A stretch of 64,000 bases of DNA, taken from IMG/VR virus record IMGVR_UViG_3300045988_113168, one strand, 5' to 3'. This stretch comes from a virus. The notes beneath the pieces are model-generated. The model searched no databases, was not told where the DNA came from, and saw nothing but the letters and a program-made list of their open reading frames with translations. Shown one piece after another: positions 58,481 to 64,000 of this stretch (the first letter of the stretch is position 1; each line of letters starts with the position of its first letter). The position numbers and the translations under genes were made by a program.

Positions 58481-59104
58481 TTAGTGTTTTGGCATCTCAA
58501 CTAATCCGCCAATATTGAACTTTTGATACGGGGAATTGTTATCCATGTACATGAGTTCAAATCGCTCAACTTCACTCATCTTGATACAAAGGACAGTCCC
58601 ATCTACACGATGCTCTTTAAGTGCAGTTGGGATATCATCGGCACTATTTGCCGTACAATGATGAATCACCACAATGTAATCATCGTCAGCACTTGAAAGT
58701 TTTCCGTAGATTACCTTCCCATCTTTTGTGAAAACTAGAATCTTTGTGCCACGTTTCGTATCAAAGAATTTAGTCCAAATATTGTCGGCAGTTTCAACAC
58801 TTAGAAAATGGGCAAAGAATTTTCTTGCCGGAAAACTATTCTTTATTAAATAAAATAAGATACCGCAAATAAAACCAATGGCAACATAAAGTAGGGCTGA
58901 CGGAACTACTGTAATTAAACATTGTGGCGCGTAACCATCCACAAAATTCTTGAAAAGATATCCAAGCGAAATACTAATAATAACGTATGCCGCATACTCG
59001 ATTTTTTTCATCGAAAGACGAGTATAAACCCAGACGCAAATTGCTCCTGGAACAAAATAAGAAAATAGTGAGTTAAAGTCACTTATCAGTTCCGTTATTT
59101 TCAC
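58481..59104 (-). CDS. Membrane protein (3-4 TM) with C-terminal Sm/SH3-like beta domain
   Basis: Hydrophobic N-terminal half. C-terminal ILVFTKDGKVIYGKLSSADDDYIVV. Confidence 0.6.
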   Translation of the reverse strand: MKITELISDFNSLFSYFVPGAICVWVYTRLSMKKIEYAAYVIISISLGYLFKNFVDGYAPQCLITVVPSALLYVAIGFICGILFYLIKNSFPARKFFAHFLSVETADNIWTKFFDTKRGTKILVFTKDGKVIYGKLSSADDDYIVVIHHCTANSADDIPTALKEHRVDGTVLCIKMSEVERFELMYMDNNSPYQKFNIGGLVEMPKH

Positions 59105-59261
59105 TTTGACCTCCTTCTTTTGGTTTTACGGTTCGGAGACTTTGGAAAAATTCTACATCCGAATCGACATTGAAATCCTTACCTTTACCATCAACATACG
59201 AGAATTGCATATCGCGACTCGAAATTTCATAATCCGGCACATGCTTCTTATTGTTTTCCAT
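59079..59261 (-). CDS. Hypothetical protein (60 aa)
   Basis: RBS AAAGGAG. First gene of the minus-strand operon. Confidence 0.5.
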   Translation of the reverse strand: MENNKKHVPDYEISSRDMQFSYVDGKGKDFNVDSDVEFFQSLRTVKPKEGGQSENNGTDK

Positions 59262-59284
59262 GATTTAACACTCCTTTTACAAGA

Positions 59285-59313
59285 GTGTATCACGGTTCAG
59301 AGATAGTGTCAAC
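59285..59313 (-). promoter_or_regulatory. Promoter for 59261->58481
   Basis: On the minus strand: TTGACA, 17-nt spacer, TGaTACACT. Confidence 0.5.
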
Positions 59314-59356
59314 TAAACTTTGCTACACAGGGTTCCACAATAATCCAAAACAGAGA

Positions 59357-59386
59357 TTGACAAGATATTACGATATATCCTATAAT
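59357..59386 (+). promoter_or_regulatory. Promoter for 59444-59644
   Basis: TTGACA, 18-nt spacer, TATAAT. Confidence 0.5.
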
Positions 59387-59443
59387 AGATGAGCAATCAC
59401 TATGTACTATGCTAAAATTCCAACTGAAAGGAGGTCGCCAGTT

Positions 59444-59644
59444 ATGACGCATAAAGAATTTAATGAAATCTTAGAGACTGAAACGAACAACGGTATTGAT
59501 CTTTTAATGCAAAAAATGCGAGGACTCGAGGAAAAATCTCAAACTGAGCAGATAGCCAATATGATTTGTTTAAGTATGGGCGCTACAATTAAAATTATAA
59601 TAGCCATACTTAAACAGTGCGGCGTTATCAAATTCGAAGACTAA
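59444..59644 (+). CDS. Hypothetical protein (66 aa)
   Basis: ATG after AAAGGAGG. Confidence 0.55.
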   Translation: MTHKEFNEILETETNNGIDLLMQKMRGLEEKSQTEQIANMICLSMGATIKIIIAILKQCGVIKFED

Positions 59645-59651
59645 ATAGCAA

Positions 59652-59692
59652 AAGCCCGGCCTCCCAGTAGTAGGGAAGTCGGGCTTCGTTTT
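59652..59692. terminator. Bidirectional terminator
   Basis: AAGCCCG / CGGGCTT stem followed by TCGTTTT. Confidence 0.55.
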
Positions 59693-59703
59693 ATGATGAT
59701 ACC

Positions 59704-60036
59704 TTACTTCAAAAGTTCAGCGATATCTTCAGCAGTCATGCCATTGGCCAGTGCGTTGGCAACAATGACTTCTGCCTTTTTGCGATTCAACTCTGCCGCA
59801 ATCTTTTCATCGGCATCAGCCTTTTTCTTTTCGAGTTTTGCAATCTCTTTATTGAGTTTTTTCAGCTCTGCTTTTTTTGCTTTTCTTTCAGTATTCAGTG
59901 CGGCAATATTCGAGCCGAGAGATGCGATTTCTTTAGCAATGGATTCTGCTGCGGCATTTTTCTCAGCGATCTGTGCTGCGTAATCAACGCCGTTAAGAAC
60001 CTTTGTTTTGTTCTTGCTTCCTTTGGGTCTAGCCAT
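59704..60036 (-). CDS. AT-hook-like / coiled-coil DNA-binding protein
   Basis: RBS GGAGGT. N-terminal RPKGSKNK, then a Lys/Ala/Glu coiled coil. Confidence 0.6.
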   Translation of the reverse strand: MARPKGSKNKTKVLNGVDYAAQIAEKNAAAESIAKEIASLGSNIAALNTERKAKKAELKKLNKEIAKLEKKKADADEKIAAELNRKKAEVIVANALANGMTAEDIAELLK

Positions 60037-60145
60037 AATAAAATACCTCCGTATATTTTGGATACGCGATTGTACTTTTATTATAGCCAGAAAATCTCAT
60101 GAAAGCAACCTCTTTTTATGTATTATAAATTACATTATAGTGATA

Positions 60146-60175
60146 TTGACAGGATATGACAGGCGGGTGTATAAT
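60146..60175 (+). promoter_or_regulatory. Promoter of the toxin-like mRNA
   Basis: TTGACA, 18-nt spacer, TATAAT. Confidence 0.5.
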
Positions 60176-60319
60176 AATGGGGCAACCAAGAGTTCACGTT
60201 GAACTTGCCAATCATAGACGTAAAGAATAGGCGGTCACCCTCCCAGTAGCCGGAAGGCGAAAAGGAGCGTGTATTTCTCTAACTGCCTTTCGGCAATCTT
60301 GTCGGAAGGAGGATGTGTA

Positions 60320-60433
60320 ATGGATTTTGGATTCATTTACAACTCACTGATACAAACTGTTGGCGTTATCGCCGCAGTCATCGGTGCTGTTTACACTGTC
60401 CGTTGCTATAACGATAGTCATGGCAATAAGTAA
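60320..60433 (+). CDS. 37-aa hydrophobic peptide, type I toxin-like
   Basis: AAGGAGG 7 nt before the ATG. MDFGFIYNSLIQTVGVIAAVIGAVYTVRCYNDSHGNK has one TM segment plus a polar tail. Confidence 0.5.
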   Translation: MDFGFIYNSLIQTVGVIAAVIGAVYTVRCYNDSHGNK

Positions 60434-60546
60434 AAGAGCCGCCTATAGCCACTAGGCAGCTCTTCATGATTGGGATTAAGATTGTCCAAGTCTTGATTCC
60501 ATGTTTGATTATCTACCGAGGGTTCCGTCTATTGAACTCTTGGTTG
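60433..60546 (-). ncRNA. Candidate ~110-nt antisense RNA (antitoxin-like)
   Basis: Runs from the minus-strand promoter at 60552-60580 to the terminator at 60435-60463. Would be complementary to the 3' UTR of the plus-strand transcript. Confidence 0.4.
60435..60463 (-). terminator. Terminator of the antisense RNA
   Basis: AGAGC-GCCTA / TAGGC-GCTCT stem, followed on the minus strand by TTTTACTTATT. Confidence 0.5.
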
Positions 60547-60551
60547 CTTTT

Positions 60552-60580
60552 ATTATACACATTTTGAAGTACACTGTCAA
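60552..60580 (-). promoter_or_regulatory. Consensus promoter on the minus strand
   Basis: On the minus strand: TTGACA, 17-nt spacer, TATAAT. Embedded in the plus-strand terminator. Confidence 0.55.
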
Positions 60581-60600
60581 CGAACAACAGTGTACTTTTT
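60567..60600 (+). terminator. Rho-independent terminator of the toxin-like mRNA
   Basis: AAGTACACTGT / ACAGTGTACTT stem followed by TTTTT. Confidence 0.6.
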
Positions 60601-61057
60601 CAATTTTGTTCAAAATTGTTCAAAGTTCATTGAATTTTTAGTTCTCTTACTTATTCCACGCCAGAGAACAGCGTGTCTCCTCATTCCACCTACTTCTTTA
60701 AGTCGTCTGGTTACGTCTGAGGTGGACTTCTGAACTTTCGTCCAGAACTGACTATCCTTCCAGTGGTTGCTCACTGACCCTTTTTAGTCGATGAACCTTC
60801 CGCTTTCCTACATTATATAATAGGGAAGTGGATCGGCTGCTGACCGCCCATTGTAAACGCTACTTAGCACTCAATTATTACCATATTTTTACAATACGAT
60901 AAAACCGAGCTTTTATCTCAGCATATAGCATCCATATCCTTGTTTCTATCTTTCGATTCCTACCTTATATAAATATAATAATAGGCGATATGGCTCTTAG
61001 GGTTTCCCAGCACTCTAGGGGCTATTTTATTTTTACATGGTGCCGCATCCTATGTTA

Positions 61058-63493
61058 TCAAACGCAACAAACATAAGAGGGCATATTAACTTTACCCGCA
61101 CCATTCTTGAGCTTTCCGCTTATCTGCATTACGGACAACACGCCAGAGATGGTAGCTGTAATGGCCGGAATAGAACCTGCAAGGTTGACCATTCCGTCTG
61201 CTGCATCAACAATCTTTGTTGCAAGAGTAACAAAGAATTTGATGAGGTCACTGCTCATAACGTCGTTTGAGAATTTCTCAAAGCTGGCGTTAAGCTGCTT
61301 TAAGCGACCCTCAATTGAATCCATCATGCGCTCTTGTTCAGTCATTGCTGAATTAGAGCTGTTAGCGGCATCTTCCATTGATTTTTCAGCAATGGAGAAT
61401 TGCTCGATCACGGAAAGTACCGCATTCGAGTTCCTTTTGCCGCCAAGCATCTCTGTGACGTTAGCTTTACTAACATCAGTAAGTTTATCCCATACGGCAG
61501 AAATCTCTTTCAGGATCTGATATGTACTCTTAAATTCTGTACCGGCGGCATCCTTCATAATGTCTACGCCAGTTAAAGATTTCAATTCACTTCGCAGTTC
61601 AGAAACAGAACTTGCCATATCATCAACTGAAACGCCAAATGCCTCTGCGTCAGTCTTACTGGCTCGCAGATACATTGAAATTGTTTTTAAAGTTGTGCCT
61701 ACGGTATCCGGGTCCTGAAGTACAGAGTTGGCCGCACTAATCAACGAAACGGACTCTTCAAACGAGTTCCCGGCTGCCGATAATGCGCTTGCCGATCTGA
61801 CGAGTGCCTCCGCAATACCACTTTCGGAAATGGGTTCGTTGTTGCCCACTGAGTTAAGAACATTGACGACGTGTTCTACTTCGTCAGCTTCCATTCTAAA
61901 TCCCTTTAGAATAGAGACTAGATAAGAAGCTGCGTCAGATGCACTATCAATTCCATCACCAATGTTACTTAGGACAGTGGACCACTTTGCAAGCTTTTGT
62001 GATTCGTCCAGTGTATAGCCTAGACGAGACCATTCTGCTGTACTGTCAATAACATCAGAGATAGAAGCACCAAGCTCACGCGCTTGACTTGAAGCAGACG
62101 ACAAAAAGCTTGAGTATGCCGATTCAGTCTCATTCGTGACTTTTTTCAAGTTAGTCATAGATGTATCTATATCTACGACGTTATTATAAACTTCTCGTAG
62201 ACCCTGTTTAACCATAGCCACGCCAGCCATAGCGATAGCAGTCTGGAAGTGCTCCTTAAACAGACGAGACAGTTTTTGACCAAGAGTTTCTGTAGTGGCC
62301 CCACATCTGCTGGCCTCAACCTCAAGGTTTGATAGTCTTGCACTAAGATCAGTAACATCGCCTTCACAGCCAGCAGCAGAAGCTTTTATTCCGTTTAAAC
62401 TATCAATTAGCCAAGAATATTTACTTTTATTTGCAATAGAGTCTTCTAACTTCGTTGCACGTTCATAAACACTCTTAAACTTCGTCATGTCAACATTGGC
62501 TTGATTCAAATCTCTAAAATCAAATCCAAGTTCTTTTAAATGTTGACTTGTAGAATCAATAGTTGTATCAAGAATCTTGCATTTTTTATCAAAGTCTTGA
62601 ATTGCTTTCCCTGGTGTAGTGTTCTCAATAGAAGCAAGCTGATCTCGCAATTCTTTTAACTTTCCAGATGTTTTTCCAGTGCCATCTTCTCCATATAAAT
62701 ATTTTTTGATATTATCATTTTTATAGTTGGAGTTATTCTTGGAATAGTTTTCAAGAGACTGAATCTTTTTTTGATACTTTTCATACTCGGATTCTTGAGA
62801 TGTGAGAGCCTTTTTTAAATCATCTGCAATTTCTTGATTTTGTTTTTTTAGTTCTTTTGCAACCGAATCAGCACCTTTTGCAGTATTTCTGTCAGCATTG
62901 AATTTTCCGGTTTTTTCGATATCCTCAAGCTTTAACTTCTGAGATTCCGTAATTACTTCTTTTGTTTTAGTCTTGAGTTTATCCATCTCATCGTTGATTG
63001 CGCTCAATCTAGTCTGTACCGCTTTCAACTCAGATGATTTGTTTCCATTAGCAATTAACGATGCTTCATCCGCTTTTAGCTTTGCTTGACGATTTGCAAG
63101 GCTGAAAAGGCGAGAAATATCACTTTTTGAAGTATCCTGTGTTTTTGTGGAACCAGACTTTCCGGTATCAACCTTAACTGTCTGCTTTGCCGCAGATTGC
63201 ATAGCTTTTTTAAGCTGTGCGGTTACTTTGCTCTGGTCGATCTTAACATCAAGTGTGACCTTTGGAGTTTTTAGTTTTCCACTCTTGACTACCTTATCAA
63301 GCGCATCATTTATATTACGGATAGTGTCGTTTTGATTTACTCCAAAAGCAATTTTTACTGGTTTTTCTTTATAATGCTCCTTAACAGAATTAAATTGCTG
63401 GTCTAATTCTTTTTTATTTGTGTCAATAACAACCTTGACCTTAATGGCTGTTACGGCAGAAGACTCTGTGCCAGTATTTTCTTTTTCATCCAT
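61058..63493 (-). CDS. Tape-measure protein, N-terminal portion (TP901-type core region)
   Basis: ATG 63493 after GAGAGGTGA. N-terminal coiled coil. The core ...AGVAMVKQGLREVYNNVVDIDTSMTNLKKVT...GASISDVIDSTAEWSRLGY...ISESGIAEALVRSASAL... resembles the TMP core family as I recall it. Ends TGA TAA. Confidence 0.75.
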   Translation of the reverse strand: MDEKENTGTESSAVTAIKVKVVIDTNKKELDQQFNSVKEHYKEKPVKIAFGVNQNDTIRNINDALDKVVKSGKLKTPKVTLDVKIDQSKVTAQLKKAMQSAAKQTVKVDTGKSGSTKTQDTSKSDISRLFSLANRQAKLKADEASLIANGNKSSELKAVQTRLSAINDEMDKLKTKTKEVITESQKLKLEDIEKTGKFNADRNTAKGADSVAKELKKQNQEIADDLKKALTSQESEYEKYQKKIQSLENYSKNNSNYKNDNIKKYLYGEDGTGKTSGKLKELRDQLASIENTTPGKAIQDFDKKCKILDTTIDSTSQHLKELGFDFRDLNQANVDMTKFKSVYERATKLEDSIANKSKYSWLIDSLNGIKASAAGCEGDVTDLSARLSNLEVEASRCGATTETLGQKLSRLFKEHFQTAIAMAGVAMVKQGLREVYNNVVDIDTSMTNLKKVTNETESAYSSFLSSASSQARELGASISDVIDSTAEWSRLGYTLDESQKLAKWSTVLSNIGDGIDSASDAASYLVSILKGFRMEADEVEHVVNVLNSVGNNEPISESGIAEALVRSASALSAAGNSFEESVSLISAANSVLQDPDTVGTTLKTISMYLRASKTDAEAFGVSVDDMASSVSELRSELKSLTGVDIMKDAAGTEFKSTYQILKEISAVWDKLTDVSKANVTEMLGGKRNSNAVLSVIEQFSIAEKSMEDAANSSNSAMTEQERMMDSIEGRLKQLNASFEKFSNDVMSSDLIKFFVTLATKIVDAADGMVNLAGSIPAITATISGVLSVMQISGKLKNGAGKVNMPSYVCCV

Positions 63494-63610
63494 ACTGTTG
63501 GTCACCTCTCTTTTCCATTTTCAACAATTCCTTTCAAAATAAAAAAGAGAAGCGGCCAGCTTCTTCAAGCCAGCCTCCTCTCATTCAAATTTTCCAAATA
63601 AATTGTGTGA

Positions 63611-64000
63611 TTACAATTCACGTAATGCGGTTCTTACGAGCATAGCTGCTTCAACTTGGACTTTTGAAATAAATGGACGCGCAGGACGCTTTGGTTTATT
63701 TTCCTTCGGTCGCCCCATTCGATTCCACTCTGCAATATCCATCCATAAGCCATGCTCAATCCAATTAGCAAACATTGTTCCTTCTAAGGCTGCATTATCT
63801 CCTTCTCGGAATGGCGTTTTGCACCATGATGCTTGCGGTCTTGCAATATTCTTTACCGTCATGGTTACAACATTATCGTCAGTAGTAACGCTACTTACGA
63901 TATTTTTTTTGCCTTCGATTCCGTCAGATCGTCCACTCTTCGAGTGTACGTTTTCTACAATGCTCGCTTGTAGTCTCGTTTCAATTTCCGGCGCAACACC
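63611..64000 (-). CDS. Hypothetical protein upstream of the TMP (possible tail assembly chaperone); 5' end outside window
   Basis: The frame is open from nt 64000 down to TAA 63611-63613. The position suggests a G/T-like chaperone, but no motif was recognised. Confidence 0.45.
   Translation of the reverse strand, partial: GVAPEIETRLQASIVENVHSKSGRSDGIEGKKNIVSSVTTDDNVVTMTVKNIARPQASWCKTPFREGDNAALEGTMFANWIEHGLWMDIAEWNRMGRPKENKPKRPARPFISKVQVEAAMLVRTALREL

Noticed and set aside
59693-59983. Plus-strand 96-aa ORF (Ala/Ser/Phe-rich) opposite 59704-60036.
   Set aside because: It is low-complexity, has no SD, and starts inside a terminator. The minus-strand ORF has GGAGGT 8 nt before its ATG.
60313-60411. 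Alternative ATG at 60313 giving a 32-aa Cys/Arg-rich peptide instead of the hydrophobic 37-aa one.
   Set aside because: This ATG directly abuts the AAGGAGG with no spacer, whereas ATG 60320 has an ideal 7-nt spacing.
61058-61063. Possibility that the TGA ending the tape-measure N-part is also recoded (code 4-like), giving readthrough into the island.
   Set aside because: TGA is followed immediately by TAA, and many genes on both arms terminate cleanly at TGA.
61097-61101. GTGCG on the minus strand near the end of the tape-measure N-part, considered as a group II intron 5' splice site that would explain the split tape measure.
   Set aside because: There is no domain V-like sequence, no RT/maturase ORF, and the 5.3-kb interval contains independently promoted genes on both strands.
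63903-63910. A run of 8 T (A8 on the coding minus strand: GGC AAA AAA AAT) in the ORF upstream of the tape-measure gene, considered as a gpG/gpGT-type -1 frameshift site.
   Set aside because: The -1 frame after the run closes within 5 codons (AAA TAT CGT AAG TAG, then TGA 3 codons later even if TAG is read through). The zero frame simply continues to TAA 63611. No extended transframe product is possible.
1-64000. Search by eye for tRNA, rRNA, tmRNA and CRISPR arrays.
   Set aside because: I found no T-loop/acceptor combinations, no rRNA-like conserved blocks, and no regularly spaced direct repeats with unique spacers. A software scan is still needed, especially for tRNA-Sup(CUA).

Overview
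This window is a 64-kb stretch of a temperate tailed phage or prophage. GGAGG-type ribosome-binding sites, an LL-H-type holin and a Tn916-type integrase point to a Firmicutes/Clostridia-like host. It is organised as two convergent arms.

Plus strand, 1-28810 (early genes): a DnaE-like Pol III alpha (5' end outside the window), a RecD2-like helicase whose P-loop is split by a 321-aa intein, and an ATP-dependent ligase. Also ThyX, the class III RNR pair NrdD/NrdG, dUTPase, FolD, an SPFH protein, and about 45 small ORFs of unknown function, many with zinc ribbons. The arm ends with xis-int, an attP-like repeat region and a 3-gene accessory operon.

Minus strand, 64000 -> 28866 (late genes): tape-measure-like genes, Dit/Tal-like genes, a 2257-aa LRR/LamG-like adhesin, fibre genes and a lysis cassette.

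Main observations:
1. Five in-frame TAG codons sit inside three late genes (the tape measure, a Dit-region gene, a lysis-cassette gene). All other late genes end in TAA or TGA. Early genes read normally in the standard code, and one uses TAG as its terminator. This looks like late-gene-restricted amber reassignment. No suppressor tRNA is visible in the window.
2. The tape-measure coding sequence is split by a ~5.3-kb AT-richer island (55790-61057).
3. That island carries two zinc-ribbon plus retropepsin-like protease gene pairs, a truncated third zinc-ribbon copy, a membrane protein with an Sm-like domain, and a type I toxin-antitoxin-like convergent transcription unit.
4. A ~450-nt hairpin-rich non-coding tract, a promoter/terminator-bounded antisense sRNA candidate in the lysis region, and a triplicated 21-bp motif over a consensus promoter are also present.

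All calls come from hand translation and motif recall. No database search or RNA-folding or tRNA-scanning software was run.
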